Assembly: GCA_963815195.1 (NCBI GenBank) | Contig: CAWFGE010000012.1 | Location: 992,001 to 1,056,000 of the forward strand | Reading direction: 5' to 3' | From: an uncultured Planctomycetaceae bacterium | GTDB taxonomy: Bacteria; Planctomycetota; Planctomycetia; Planctomycetales; Planctomycetaceae | Length of the DNA stretch: 64,000 nt | Shown: positions 48,337 to 62,967 of the stretch, piece by piece | Layout of the letters: each line of letters starts with the position of its first letter | Position numbering within the stretch: the stretch's first letter is position 1 | Program-made: the position numbers and the translations under genes | The notes under the pieces: model-generated | The model's database searches: none | The model's input: the letters and a program-made list of their open reading frames with translations, nothing else | What the model was told of the DNA's origin: nothing

Positions 48337-50502
48337 ATGTCAGGTATTTTGATTCCCTGCCCGGAATGCGGCAGCGGATTGCGGTTGAAGGATCGGAGCA
48401 AGCTCGGCAAGCTCGGCCGCTGCCCCAAGTGCGGGAACCGCTTCGTGCTCCAGGAGCCGGAAGAGGTCGAACTGGAACTCGCCGACGCCTCGGTCCCCAG
48501 CACCGGCACCGCCGCCCAGTGGATTCCCGACTCCGAGGCGTCGGACGCCCAACCGGCCCCGGCTCGCCGAGCGGGACGGAGCCAACCGGCTCGGGTGGAA
48601 GAAGGCGTCGGCGGGTTTCCGATCATCACCGATCCTGAGCCGGGCGCCGGGATTCAGATTACCACGCATCCCACGATCGCCGAGGGCATGTCGCTCGACG
48701 AAGTCGTCAAGCTCCTCGGCAAACCCGCCAAGCGGAAGCAGATGTCGGAACTGGCGGCGCAGGCGAAAAAGCAGGGCAAGAAATTCGATGCCCCCGCCGA
48801 TGCCTCCAAGCGGGAATACCTGGTGTTCCAGCACGCGGCCGGTGCTTACAAGCTGATTTTCCTCGATGGAAAAGTCGTCGAAATCCATTCCCAGCCCGCC
48901 GCCGGCGCAGGCACAGCGAAGGCTCCGTTGGTTCCGTCCCAAAGCCGGCGGAGCCAGAAGCAAAAGATGGCAGGCATCGCTTTGGGCGGCGTTTTGGGAT
49001 TGGTGCTGGTCGTGGTGTTGATCGTCGCCACGCAGATCGATCGCCAGCCGGAAGTGGTGAAAGCGGCCCCCAAGAAACAGCCTCCCCAAGTCGACCAGAA
49101 GCTCGTGGCGGACAAATCGGAACTCGAGCAAAACGCCGAGTTCGCGAAGAAATTCGCCGAGGAGAATCTGGGCGTCAAGAACGAGATGCTCACATTCGAG
49201 CGGATTCCCGCCGGGGCGCGGATTATTATTCATCTGAGGCCCGCGGAACTCTGGAGCGACCAGCCGCAGTTCGCGTATTTCCGGGCGTCGCTGACGGCGG
49301 ATGTCACGAAGTGGATGGAATCCGCCATCAAAAGCACATGCCTCGTGGAGCCGAAGGACATCGAGGACGCTCTGATCTGCATCATCCCGGGCGGCCGGGG
49401 CGAGCCGCCGCAGTTTGCGACCCGCGTCAAGTTGACCGCCCCGCGGAAGAAGTCGGAATTCCTCACGCTGTTCGGCGGGCAGCGGACGGACGACTATGGC
49501 GACCCCGTTTATATCGACAGCGAGCGGGCGTATCTCGTCGAGGACGACCTGCAAACCTTCGCCGTGTCCCCGGCAAGCCTCGCGGACGAGATGGCCCGTG
49601 CCCGCGGGGAAATCCCCACCGGCACCTCGGATGGCATCCAAAGCATTCTGCTCAACACGGACAAGACCCGGCACGCGACGGTTGTGTTCGAGCCGCTGGA
49701 CGTGCGGATTCATCAGGAGTTTCTCGTCGGCGAGAACGTCCGGCCCGTCTTGAAGGAGTTTCTGGACTGGCTTGGCGGCGATGTGGAGACCGCGGCGTGG
49801 AGCATGCACCTGGGTTCGGACCGGTTCTATTCGCAGTTCCTGTTCCGCAACGGCCACGACTGGACGCCCCTCAAACTCGAACGGGAAGTCGCCGGCAAAC
49901 TGGACCGCCTGCCCCAGGATTTGTACGCCGCGGTCCAGATGATGCGACCGAAACAAGTCGGTTCGCGGAAAATCATCGGGCGGTTCCCGGCGATGATGAA
50001 GGTGTATTCGCTGTCGACGATGGCTGCCATCGGCGACCGCCTGGCCCAATTCACGACCGTCCTGCCCGCCAAAGCCGCCCCGAACCTGGCCTTGGGGACG
50101 CTGTTGGCGTGGGATGAATCCACGCGGACCGACTTCACCCAAAAGCCACCCGAACCCAAATCCAACGAACCCAAGCTGCCCGATTTGATTGTGGATCGGT
50201 TGAAGTTCGATATGGACGTGGACTTCCGCCGCCGGCCTTTGCAGGATGCCTTCTCGGACATCGGCGAGGCGACGCACGTCGCGTTCGAGATCGACGGCGA
50301 CGCCCTCAAAGCGGCGGGCTACACCAAGAACATGGCCCAGACCTTCAACCTGGGCGAAGTCCCCGCGACGCAGGCGATCAAAAAGATCTTGAGCCAGTAC
50401 GACAAGATGTGCGTGTGCATCACCGATGAAGACAAAAACATCGTCACGGTCATGACGTTTGAGGCGGCAAAACAGAAAAAGCTGACGCCCCTCAAGTTCT
50501 GA
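48337..50502 (+). CDS. Membrane-anchored hypothetical protein with N-terminal zinc ribbon
   Basis: CPECG...CPKCG, one TM helix, C-terminal STN-like segment (DVDFRRRPLQDAF). Confidence 0.7.
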   Translation: MSGILIPCPECGSGLRLKDRSKLGKLGRCPKCGNRFVLQEPEEVELELADASVPSTGTAAQWIPDSEASDAQPAPARRAGRSQPARVEEGVGGFPIITDPEPGAGIQITTHPTIAEGMSLDEVVKLLGKPAKRKQMSELAAQAKKQGKKFDAPADASKREYLVFQHAAGAYKLIFLDGKVVEIHSQPAAGAGTAKAPLVPSQSRRSQKQKMAGIALGGVLGLVLVVVLIVATQIDRQPEVVKAAPKKQPPQVDQKLVADKSELEQNAEFAKKFAEENLGVKNEMLTFERIPAGARIIIHLRPAELWSDQPQFAYFRASLTADVTKWMESAIKSTCLVEPKDIEDALICIIPGGRGEPPQFATRVKLTAPRKKSEFLTLFGGQRTDDYGDPVYIDSERAYLVEDDLQTFAVSPASLADEMARARGEIPTGTSDGIQSILLNTDKTRHATVVFEPLDVRIHQEFLVGENVRPVLKEFLDWLGGDVETAAWSMHLGSDRFYSQFLFRNGHDWTPLKLEREVAGKLDRLPQDLYAAVQMMRPKQVGSRKIIGRFPAMMKVYSLSTMAAIGDRLAQFTTVLPAKAAPNLALGTLLAWDESTRTDFTQKPPEPKSNEPKLPDLIVDRLKFDMDVDFRRRPLQDAFSDIGEATHVAFEIDGDALKAAGYTKNMAQTFNLGEVPATQAIKKILSQYDKMCVCITDEDKNIVTVMTFEAAKQKKLTPLKF

Positions 50503-50528
50503 TTCGCCCCCAGCCGGAAATGGTCGGA

Positions 50529-52227
50529 ATGAAGACCGCCACGTTCTCCTGCCCCCATTGCTTGTCTCCCTTGCGGATTCGGGACCGGGCCTTCGTCGAT
50601 CGCGAAATCGACTGCCCGGAATGTGGAGAACGCATCGAAATTCAACTCGGCCGCGACCGGGAACCCGTGGCTCGCAAAGTCGCTTCCGAAGAGCCGGTCT
50701 CTTCCGAAAAGCGAACGAAAAAAAACCGGCTGCCGCCGAAGACGAACCTTAAACGCAAACCCAAATCCAAGAGCCCGGCGAAAAAAGACGGCAAGAAAAC
50801 CGAGGACGCGGCCGCGCCGCCGCGCTTCGGCCATAAGCCGCTGTTCGACTTAGGCGCGCGATTTTCCGGCGTGCCGGAGGTGCTGTTGTCGCCCGTGGGG
50901 ATCGCCTGGTCGGTCGCGGGAGTCGTTGCGCTGACGCTCCTGGTCATCGCCTGGCCCGGCGGCGGGGAGGATTCCCCAACTCCAGCGGACCAAGTTGCGG
51001 ACAGCGAAACATCCAAAAACGAGAACGCGCCGGACGAGCCGGGAGGTATTGCCGAAGAGATTCCGCTGCCCGAACCGCCCGCGGGCATCGCGCCTTTGGA
51101 GGGAAACATCCAAGAGCAGTTGCAGCAGTTTGGCACCGCGATCGATCTTTATGCCGGAGCCAGAGGGCACTTTCCGGTGGGTACGGTGGGCTTGGGCGAT
51201 CAGCCGGTGAAGGATCGCTTCAGGCTGGCTGGCTGAGTTGCGGGTGACGACATCGCAAAAGCCGATCGCCGAGCCGCAATGGGATCAGCCCTGGAACGAT
51301 CCGTTGAACGACCGCTTTGTCCGCCAGCAGTTGGCTCCGTATTTGAATTCCGCGATTCCCCAGCGCGTCGGGGCGGACCGTTATCCCGCGACGCATTTTG
51401 TGGGAATCGCCGGCGTGGGGGCCGACGCCCCGGCGTTGCCGGCCGGTCATCCACGGGCGGGAATCTTCGGCGTGGACCGCATCACTCGGCCCGAAGACAT
51501 CACCGACGGGGCCGCGAACACGATGATGGTCGCGGGCGTCCGCGAGCAGTTGGGTTCCTGGGCCGCTGCGGGCCGATCCACCATGCGGCCCTTCACGCAG
51601 GAACCCTACATCAACGGCCCCGACGGATTTGGAACGGGCGAAGCGAACGGCATGTCGGTGTTGATGGCCGACGGCAGCGTGCGGTTTGTTTCCCAAAAGA
51701 CGTCGCCCACGATCGTCCGCCGCATGGCCGCGTTGGCCGACGGGTTTCCCTTGGACGAAACCGTCCCCGGCGAACCGGGCGAACGACCGCTCCCCAAACC
51801 CGAGCCCCAACCCCATCTCAAGTCTCCCCAACCGCAGAAGCCTCCGGTGATCGCACAAAACCCCGAGGCTGCCCATCCGCCGGCGAACGCCGATCCCAAG
51901 AATCCCGGCGATCCTCCGAAACCGATCGAACCAGCGCCGGCGAAGCCCGTGGACATCGACGCAGCGCTCGCGGTCAAGATTGTCAAGTTCGAGCAGCTCA
52001 CCGACACCCCGTTCAAGGAGTTGATCTTTCAAGTCGAGGAAATGTGCGGCGTGCCCATTCGGCGGGGCGACGATGTCCCCGGCGCGGCGGACGAAATCTG
52101 GAGCCAGCCCGTTTCGCTCCGGCTCCAAAACACCACGGTCCGCCAAATCCTGGAAGCCTTGCTTGAGAAGATTTCCCTCACCTATACAATCGAAAAAGAC
52201 CACATCCTCCTGCACAAGCCGCAATAG
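50529..52227 (+). CDS. Zinc-ribbon + DUF1559-like protein, apparent frameshift near 51222
   Basis: CPHC/CPEC, TM helix, LQQFGTAIDLY...FP, (S)WLAEL, ITDGAANTMMV, VLMADGSVRFVS. Confidence 0.75.
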
Positions 52228-52349
52228 ATCAAATCCGAATCTCGAAATCCGAAACAAATCCCAATGACCGAAACGATCAAAGCACAGACCTTTTGACCGG
52301 CCGGCGGGTTTCTGTCGCGGAGGCTTTGCGGAGTTTGGAACAAAGGCGT

Positions 52350-52420
52350 GAGCCGCGCACGAAGTAAGCGGTCTTGCGTTGTCTGAGTCCCTGAAAAACC
52401 GCTTACTGCGTGCGCGGCTC
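52350..52420. repeat. REP-like palindrome, family A
   Basis: GAGCCGCGCACGAAGTAAGCGGT...ACCGCTTACTGCGTGCGCGGCTC; same arms at 57583-57644. Confidence 0.85.
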
Positions 52421-52464
52421 TTTCCCGCTGATATGACACTTCAACACGAATCCGGGTGAATGCG

Positions 52465-52767
52465 ATGGAATTGGACGATCACGTTTGCCTGTGCTTTCAT
52501 ATTTCCAAGCGGAAGGTGCTGAACTTCATTCGCATCCACCATCCCCGCGTGCCCAGCCAGCTCGCGGAATGCGGCGGCGCGGGCACGGGCTGCGGCTGGT
52601 GCATTCCGTTTCTCAAGCGCTATTTCGAAAACGCCCGGGCCGAGGGGAACGGGAAGGACGATCTGCTCTCCGCCGAGGAATACGCCCGGCAGCGCGGCGA
52701 CTACATCCACGCCGGCAAAGGCACTCCGCCTCCCGGAGCCACCCCGCCCCCGCCGATCGAGGGCTAA
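52465..52767 (+). CDS. BFD-like [2Fe-2S]-binding protein
   Basis: VCLCFHIS...AGTGCGWC. Confidence 0.85.
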   Translation: MELDDHVCLCFHISKRKVLNFIRIHHPRVPSQLAECGGAGTGCGWCIPFLKRYFENARAEGNGKDDLLSAEEYARQRGDYIHAGKGTPPPGATPPPPIEG

Positions 52768-52847
52768 ACGGTTTTTCCCCCGCCGGTTCTGTGGAGAGAT
52801 CTCCCCTCGCTCATTATGCTTGAGGGACCTTTTTGGAGAGTTCTTTC

Positions 52848-56322
<3,475 letters not shown>

Positions 56323-56393
56323 AGGCGAGCGGACCAACCTGCGGTCGGTGCCCGCGTAAGCCCCATGATGATTCCCATTCCAAGGAAGGACGG

Positions 56394-57602
56394 ATGGAGC
56401 GAGCACTTTGGCAAGCGGAACGGCTGACGGAGTTTGGCCCCAACCCGTTCTCGCCGATCGAGCAAAGCACCTCGGGCGAAGTCCTCGGCGCGCGGCCGCG
56501 GGCTTTGAAAGCCGGCGTGCTGTCGAAATCCGAAAACATCCCCGGCGTGTACGGCCTCTTCGATGACGACGGCGTTTTGATTTACGTCGGCAAATCGAAG
56601 CAGCTTCGCACCCGGCTTTTGAGCTACTTCAGCCCCAAGGTCAGAAACCAAAAACCGGGCCGAATGATTCGGCAGACCCGCCGCATCTTATGGGAGCCGG
56701 CTCCCAGCGAGTTCGCCGCGCTTTTGCGGGAGCTGCATCTCATTCAAACCTGGCGGCCGAGTTGGAACGTCAAAGACATGCCGAGCACCGCGAGGCCCAC
56801 GTATCTGTGCATCGGCCGGCCCACCGCGCCGGGCGTTTTGCTCTCGGCCAGGCCGGGTGCGCAAGTGCTGGCGAGCTTTGGACCGCTGTGGCCGGGCCGG
56901 CGGTTGTCGCGGGCGGTGGAAGTGCTCAATCGGCTGTTTTTATTGCGGGACTGTGCCAACTCGCAGCCGATGGCGTTTGCCGATCAAACCCCAATGTTCG
57001 CGAAAGACGTCCGCCCGGGCTGTTTGCGATTCGAACTTGAAACCTGCCTGGGGCCTTGCGTCCAGGCGTGCTCCCAGAAATCCTATTCTCAAAATGTCCG
57101 CGACGCCCGGCGGTTTCTCGAAGGCAAAAGCGATAAGCCGATTGCCCTCATAAAAGACCGGATGATCGACGCGGCCGCGAATCAACACTACGAACTCGCG
57201 GCCCGGTTGCGGGACGACCTAAAGGCGGTGCTGTTTTTAGAAGACCGCTTGAACGGCCTCCGCGCGGCTGAGGCGGAATATCACTTCGTTTATCCCGTCA
57301 CGTCGCCGGCGGGCGGGACGATCTGGTATTTGATCAAGGGCGGACGGGTCGCTGCGGTTGCCCAGCCTCCCACTTCGGCCCCGGAGGCGAGAGCCGCCCG
57401 CGAATTGTTGGACCGCACCTTCGGCTCTGCGCCGATGCTCGATGATTTGACCCCGCACCGCCCCGACACGCTGCTGTTGGTGATGTCCTGGTTTCAACAA
57501 AACCCCGAGCAGCTCGAGCAAACACTCTCGCCAGCCCAAGCCAAAAAACGCCGCGAGCTTCTCCAGCAGCGCACTCGGCATGAAGAGCCGCGCACGAAGT
57601 AA
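56394..57602 (+). CDS. UvrC/Cho-like GIY-YIG nuclease with UVR domain
   Basis: PGVY...IYVGKSKQLRTRLLSYF, Cys cluster, YELAARLRD; lacks UvrC C-terminal half. Confidence 0.85.
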   Translation: MERALWQAERLTEFGPNPFSPIEQSTSGEVLGARPRALKAGVLSKSENIPGVYGLFDDDGVLIYVGKSKQLRTRLLSYFSPKVRNQKPGRMIRQTRRILWEPAPSEFAALLRELHLIQTWRPSWNVKDMPSTARPTYLCIGRPTAPGVLLSARPGAQVLASFGPLWPGRRLSRAVEVLNRLFLLRDCANSQPMAFADQTPMFAKDVRPGCLRFELETCLGPCVQACSQKSYSQNVRDARRFLEGKSDKPIALIKDRMIDAAANQHYELAARLRDDLKAVLFLEDRLNGLRAAEAEYHFVYPVTSPAGGTIWYLIKGGRVAAVAQPPTSAPEARAARELLDRTFGSAPMLDDLTPHRPDTLLLVMSWFQQNPEQLEQTLSPAQAKKRRELLQQRTRHEEPRTK

Positions 57603-57644
57603 GCGGTTGGCCTTTTTCTTCCGCTTACTGCGTGCGCGGCTCTT
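57583..57644. repeat. REP-like palindrome, family A, between convergent genes
   Basis: AAGAGCCGCGCACGAAGTAAGCGG...CCGCTTACTGCGTGCGCGGCTCTT. Confidence 0.85.
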
Positions 57645-57657
57645 TGGTCGGTTTTAT

Positions 57658-59469
57658 TCAGCCCACGACGCGGTTGAGTTCTTCGACAGACGTGATGCCG
57701 CGGGCGACGAGGCGGAGACCTTCTTCGCGGAGCGTCAACAAGCCGTGGTTTCGGGCTTCGAGGCGGAGCGACGTTGGCGTCGGTTTTTGAAGCAGGTGCG
57801 CGCGGACTTCCTCGGTCAAAGGCAGCACTTCAAATACGCCGACTTGCCCGTGATAGCCCACGCCCCGGCACGTTTTACATTTGGGATTCGCGCCTTCGCG
57901 GGAAAGCGACGAAACGCCTTCCTCCGGCAGGCCGGCTTTGACGAGTTCGTCTGTTGTGGGCTCATATTCCTCTTTGCATTCGGGACACAACCGCCGGACC
58001 AGTCGCTGGGCAAGAACCAGCGATAGCGTTTCCGCGACGAGCGCCGGTTCGGTGCCGAGTTCCAGTAACCTCAACACGGCGGCGATGCTGTCCGTGGCAT
58101 GCACCGTCGAGAACACCAGATGCCCCGTGTGGGCGGCCTGGCACACGGCTTGGGCCGTCTCCTCATCGCGGATTTCGCCGATCATCACCACGTCGGGATC
58201 CTGCCGGAGCACATTTCGCAGCGTCTCCCCGAAGGTCTGGCCTTTGGCGGTGCTGATTTCGATTTGGGTGACGTTTTCGACGCGGTACTCCACCGGGTCT
58301 TCGATGGTGATCACATTGCGGTGCTCGGTGTCGAGATCATTGATCGCGGCGTGCAGCGTGGTGGATTTTCCCGCCCCCGCGGGACCGGCCGCGAGCACCA
58401 GGCCGTGCGGCCGGCGGATGACTTCGCGAATCTGGTCGTACAGACTCTTGCGAAAGCCCAATTCCTCAATCTGTTCCACGGAGTTTTCGGGATCGAGAAT
58501 TCGTAGCGTGAGTTTTTCCCCCAACTGTGTGCCCTGCGTGGCGACACGGAAATCGATCTCGCGGTCCTCGACCTCCGCCCGGAAACTGCCATCCTGCGGC
58601 CGCCGGCGTTCGGTGATGTCGAGTGCGCACAGGATTTTGACGATGTTGATGATGTTCCGCCCCTTGGACACGTCGAAGGGTTCGTCGGGGTACATCATGC
58701 CGTCGATGCGAAACCGCACCGCCACCTGGCCCTCCTTGGGTTCCAGATGGATGTCGGTGCTCCGCCGCTGAATGGCTCTTAAAATCAAATCCTTCGCGGC
58801 GAGGTAGTTGGGCGAATGCTCGACCTGGCGGGAGATGGTTTCGCTCACGCCGGTGCTGTCGGATTTTCCCAGGAACTTGATGCTCATGCCCGTCGCGGCT
58901 TCCAGGACGCCCGGCGTTTGGATGCGGATGCCGAAGATCGCCAACTGCCGAAGCCCCAAGGCCGCGAGATGCTGGGGCGTGAGGACTTTCGAAAACTCCG
59001 CCACGCGGGAATTCCGCAAACGCACGTACGCGTACATGGGCAAACCGTACAACGCCAACAGCGGCAGGAGTCCGTAAAACCGGGGCAGCAGAAACACGGC
59101 CGCGAAGCCCAACAAGCCGCAAAGGAGCATCGCGAGATTCCAGATCGGACTGGACAGCCGGAGGGCCGAGCTGTCCCGGCTGACCCAATACGAAGTCCGC
59201 ACCCACAACAGAAACATCGCCCCCACGAAGACCATCAGAAACGTGTCGAAATAAAATCCGACGGCCCGGGGAGAATCGAGCAATTCCGGCGGGCCGTGGC
59301 CTCGGAAAAAACCGAAGGGGTTGGGCGGATAGGCGTCTTCCGCGCGGGGCGGCGCGGGGGAAATTGCCGACGGTGCAGGTTTGCCGTGGTCGTCCGCGAG
59401 CACGGGAACGGAAACGCCCGCGGCCGCCGCCAACAGCAATCCCCATGCTAAAATCGCCGCTCGATTCAT
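57658..59469 (-). CDS. GspE/PulE/PilB-family secretion ATPase with N-terminal membrane segments
   Basis: TDIHLEP, RRPQDG, GPAGAGKSTT, TIEDPVEY, LRQDPDVVMIGEIRD, TGHLVFSTVH. Confidence 0.9.
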   Translation of the reverse strand: MNRAAILAWGLLLAAAAGVSVPVLADDHGKPAPSAISPAPPRAEDAYPPNPFGFFRGHGPPELLDSPRAVGFYFDTFLMVFVGAMFLLWVRTSYWVSRDSSALRLSSPIWNLAMLLCGLLGFAAVFLLPRFYGLLPLLALYGLPMYAYVRLRNSRVAEFSKVLTPQHLAALGLRQLAIFGIRIQTPGVLEAATGMSIKFLGKSDSTGVSETISRQVEHSPNYLAAKDLILRAIQRRSTDIHLEPKEGQVAVRFRIDGMMYPDEPFDVSKGRNIINIVKILCALDITERRRPQDGSFRAEVEDREIDFRVATQGTQLGEKLTLRILDPENSVEQIEELGFRKSLYDQIREVIRRPHGLVLAAGPAGAGKSTTLHAAINDLDTEHRNVITIEDPVEYRVENVTQIEISTAKGQTFGETLRNVLRQDPDVVMIGEIRDEETAQAVCQAAHTGHLVFSTVHATDSIAAVLRLLELGTEPALVAETLSLVLAQRLVRRLCPECKEEYEPTTDELVKAGLPEEGVSSLSREGANPKCKTCRGVGYHGQVGVFEVLPLTEEVRAHLLQKPTPTSLRLEARNHGLLTLREEGLRLVARGITSVEELNRVVG

Positions 59470-59559
59470 CCCGCTTTGTCTTTCCTCATAATCTCGTCGA
59501 TCTCTCTATTCAACGCGTCAGTTTAGCGAATGTTTCGCCGATCGGCCGCGCCGGAAATC

Positions 59560-60249
59560 TCAAATCTCGAAGTTGAAGCCGTTCTGTTTGAGGCGTTCGT
59601 ATTTCTTTTCATCGAAGCGATACAGCCTCGCGGCCCGGTGGGCGACGCCGCGTTGGACTTCGTCGAGTTCGATCAGCAAATCCATGCCCAGGATTTTTTT
59701 GCGGAAGTTGCGTTTGTCGAGTTCGCGTTCCAGCACGGTTTCATAAAGCCTTTGCAGTTGCGAAAGGGTGAATTTTTTGGGCAAAAGCTCGAAACCGATG
59801 GGTTCGTAGCGGACTTTCCCTTTGAGCCGGGCAAGGGCGACCTGCACGATCTGGTCGTGATCGAACGCCAAATCCGGCAGGTCGGACACGGCGAACCATG
59901 CCGCACTGCGGGCGTCCGTCGCCGCCCGCACCTGATGATCGCTGAGCTTGACGAGCGCATAATACGCGACTGTCACCACCCGCTCGCGGGGATCGCGGTG
60001 CGCGTCGCCGAAGGTGTAAAGCTGTTCGAGATACAGCCGCGTGATGCCCGTCTCCTCCTCCAACTCCCGCCGGGCCGCATCTTCGAGGTTCTCCGCCAGA
60101 TTCACAAACCCGCCCGGCAGCGCCCACCGGCCCGCAAAGGGTTCCTCCGCACGCTCCACCAGCAACAGCCGCAGTTCATCTTCATCCAGCCCGAACACCA
60201 CGCAGTCCACCGTGAGCGCGGGCCGGGGATGTTTATAGGTATAAGCCAT
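59560..60249 (-). CDS. nrtR: NrtR-family regulator (Nudix + winged helix)
   Basis: WALPGGFV...[11 protein letters not shown]udix box, [32 protein letters not shown]. Confidence 0.9.
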   Translation of the reverse strand: MAYTYKHPRPALTVDCVVFGLDEDELRLLLVERAEEPFAGRWALPGGFVNLAENLEDAARRELEEETGITRLYLEQLYTFGDAHRDPRERVVTVAYYALVKLSDHQVRAATDARSAAWFAVSDLPDLAFDHDQIVQVALARLKGKVRYEPIGFELLPKKFTLSQLQRLYETVLERELDKRNFRKKILGMDLLIELDEVQRGVAHRAARLYRFDEKKYERLKQNGFNFEI

Positions 60250-60259
60250 CGCCGTCTCC

Positions 60260-60280
60260 AAAGTGTTGTTTCAACACTAA
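60260..60280. promoter_or_regulatory. Probable NrtR operator
   Basis: Palindrome AGTGT-TGTTTCA-ACACT (GT-N7-AC core) 12 nt upstream of the nrtR start. Confidence 0.75.
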
Positions 60281-60326
60281 GAATACGCCGCGAAGAGCGG
60301 TTCGTCAATGCTCAATTGCAAGGATT

Positions 60327-60432
60327 GGGTGGCACGTCCCTGAGCGCAGCGAAGGGCGTGGCGAAGGGCGTGGCGATAGCGAAGTCGGCCGCACAGACCA
60401 CGCCCTTCGCTGCGCTCAGGAGCGTGCCACCC
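60327..60432. repeat. REP-like palindrome, family B
   Basis: GGGTGGCACG..CCTGAGCGCAGCGAAGGGCGTGG...CCACGCCCTTCGCTGCGCTCAGG..CGTGCCACCC. Confidence 0.8.
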
Positions 60433-60468
60433 CGTTGTGTTCCTGTTTTGGGAACCTTCGCGGCGAAA

Positions 60469-61755
60469 TCAAACGGGCTGGGTCTCGAAGACCTCGGCGA
60501 CGGCGAGGAGATTGCCGGCTTCGTCGAACGGCATCGGGAAGGCTTCACCCAATCCCGTCAGGTCGTCCCGGCCGGCGAACTGGTCGCGGTACGCGGAGCT
60601 GACCAGCACGTGTTTGAGATGCAGCGTGTCGGTGATGTGGATGATGCGGGCGTTCTCCGGCGGGGTGAGGCCGATCGTGCCCAGGGCATCTTCCAGGACC
60701 TCGCGGTCCGTTTCGCGGGCGATGGGCAGCATGGCTCCCGTGGGATGGCCGCCGGTGATCGTGTTGATGCGGGTGATCTCCAAGTCCACGCCGTCGATCG
60801 TCCGCCGATTGGTGAACTCGGCCATCCCCAGCCCGCAGGCGTTTCCGTGGGTCGCTTCGGTCAGGCCGCGGATGAAAATCCGCTTGACCGCGACGGAATC
60901 CCGCTCGGTCGCGGCATGGTCGTTGTATTTCCGGCCGATGATGTTCGTGTCCATCCCGCTGCCGCTGATGTCCTTGCCGATCTGATCCACGATCAATAAA
61001 TCCGCCTTGGCGAAGGGCAAGCGGGGCATCCATTTCTTGGCGAGGACGAGAAGCTCTTTTTCCCGCTCGAAGAAGTCTTCGGGAGCGACGGCCGCGATCA
61101 GGCCGGTCTCGTCGTAGGCGTTTTCGACGATGCCCAGCCCGGCGATGACTTTGCAGCGCTTAAGCACCACGTCCGCGACCGCCCGGATGATTTCCAGAAA
61201 GCTGAAGTCCTGAATCGCCCGGTGATAAATGATCGCCCCGTTGTGCTTGCCCAGGCCGATGAGCATCATTTTGTGCAGGCCCGATTCGATCTCGCCCACG
61301 AACCCCGTGTGCGGTTTCACTCGGCCGCAGACGAGCACATGGTCGGCTTCGTAGGCGTTTTTGTCGAAGTGCACCGGGACGTTGTGTCCGGGCGTGTGGG
61401 CCACGATCACGGTTTCCATCGAAGAGCGAATCTCCGCCCCGACGTAATCCGGCGTGATCCCGTAGCCTTCGAGGATCGCCCGCTGCCCCTCCGCCGTGCC
61501 GCCGCCGTGCGAACCCATCGCGGGCACGATGAATGGCTCGGCCCCCAGGCTCTGAAAATGCGCGACCGCCGCCTTGATGATCTTCGCAATGTTCGCGATC
61601 CCCCGGCTGCCCGCAGTGATCGCCACCGTCTCGCCCGGCTGAATCCGCCGGCCCAAATCGAGCGACGCCAACTGCTTTAGGGTCTCGGCTTCCACATTCT
61701 CCACGCGGGGAGCATCAAACGTCTGCCGGACGCGAAACATCTCAGGAAACGGCAT
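60469..61755 (-). CDS. LarA-like N-terminal (DUF2088/DUF362-type) domain protein
   Basis: VAITAGSRGI, PAMGSHGGGTAEGQ, RVKPHT.F...ESGL.KM..IGLGKH.GA, GKDISGSGMDTN. Confidence 0.8.
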   Translation of the reverse strand: MPFPEMFRVRQTFDAPRVENVEAETLKQLASLDLGRRIQPGETVAITAGSRGIANIAKIIKAAVAHFQSLGAEPFIVPAMGSHGGGTAEGQRAILEGYGITPDYVGAEIRSSMETVIVAHTPGHNVPVHFDKNAYEADHVLVCGRVKPHTGFVGEIESGLHKMMLIGLGKHNGAIIYHRAIQDFSFLEIIRAVADVVLKRCKVIAGLGIVENAYDETGLIAAVAPEDFFEREKELLVLAKKWMPRLPFAKADLLIVDQIGKDISGSGMDTNIIGRKYNDHAATERDSVAVKRIFIRGLTEATHGNACGLGMAEFTNRRTIDGVDLEITRINTITGGHPTGAMLPIARETDREVLEDALGTIGLTPPENARIIHITDTLHLKHVLVSSAYRDQFAGRDDLTGLGEAFPMPFDEAGNLLAVAEVFETQPV

Positions 61756-62064
61756 CTTCCCACCTCAATCAATCGAAAGAACCTCGTGCCGGAAAACATC
61801 CAGTGTAAGCGGAACCCGCGAAAACGTCCACGAAGCGAAGAATCGGCCCCTTGGATCGATCGATGGCACCCGATATGATGAACCGAAGCCGGAACCGTCA
61901 ATGCCCACGCCGGAATTCGTAGGGAACAACTCCCTTTGAACTCCCAAGATGCCCTTCCACGACCATTGAACCTCGAAGAAACACACCAACAAACTTGCTG
62001 CCGAATCAAACAGAAGGCGAGCGGCCAGCGTAAGCTGGCTGGTCACTCAAAATGAAAAATCCGC

Positions 62065-62453
62065 TTGACTAAGATCGTCATCCTCGAAGACAACCAAGAC
62101 CGGCAGACCATCATGCAAATGTTTATTTTGATACGATGAAACGGTGGAGAGAACAAAAGATCCGCTTGGAGTTCACCTGAAGATGCCCTTGCGCGACCAT
62201 TTTCATCCACCGCTCTCTGAAAATCGGCATTGGGAATCGTTTCATTCTCGGTGGGCCTCAGCGATCTGCACAATGAAATGATCGCGCTCCTCGGGTCATC
62301 ATCCATACCACCAACACCCCCGGCGGAGTGGGCATGGAAATGATTCTGAAAGAAGCGGGATGGAAAATGAACCGCCTCATCCCGCATCGCGACATGGAAT
62401 GGATTCCGGAATTATGGTTTCCGGCGGTGAGGAAACAATTGGCAGAAACATGA
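62065..62453 (+). pseudogene. Disrupted cyclic-phosphate-processing receiver-like gene, copy 1
   Basis: TKIVILEDNQDR N-terminus, unrelated middle, then VIIHTTNTPGGVGMEMILKEAGW...DMEWIPELW...*. Confidence 0.55.
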
Positions 62454-62472
62454 CACACGCATCGAAACTCCA

Positions 62473-62967
62473 ATGAAGCCCAAAGTCTATATCGAAACCA
62501 CGATTATCAGTTATCTGACCGCGTGGCCTTCACGCGACGTTGTGATCGCAGGTTATCAACAAACAACTCGGGACTGGTGGCGCGATGCCGCCGACCGTTT
62601 CGAGCTCGTGGCTTCCGAATTGGTCATCGACGAGGCCGGTGCCGGTGATCCGGTTGCCGCCCAGGAGCGTTTGGTCGCGTTGGAATCCGTCACCTTGCTT
62701 GATGCAACGGAAGCAGCGGCAAACCTGGCCCAGCAATTGATTGAATCTGGCGCAATTCCCGAAAAGGCCGCAGGCGATGCCGGCCATATTGCCATCGCGG
62801 TTACGAACGGCGTCGAGTATTTGGTAACATGGAACTGTCGGTATATTGCCAACGCCACCATGCGAGCCCAAATTGAACGAGTCTGCCGGAGTGCAGGCTA
62901 CGAACCAACGATTATCTGCACGCCCGATGAACTCATGGAATCAGATTATGAAACGCACGACGAATGA
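62473..62967 (+). CDS. vapC: PIN-domain (VapC-like) toxin
   Basis: VYIETTIISYL, SELVIDE, DAGHIAIA...YLVTWN, ICTPDEL. Confidence 0.88.
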   Translation: MKPKVYIETTIISYLTAWPSRDVVIAGYQQTTRDWWRDAADRFELVASELVIDEAGAGDPVAAQERLVALESVTLLDATEAAANLAQQLIESGAIPEKAAGDAGHIAIAVTNGVEYLVTWNCRYIANATMRAQIERVCRSAGYEPTIICTPDELMESDYETHDE

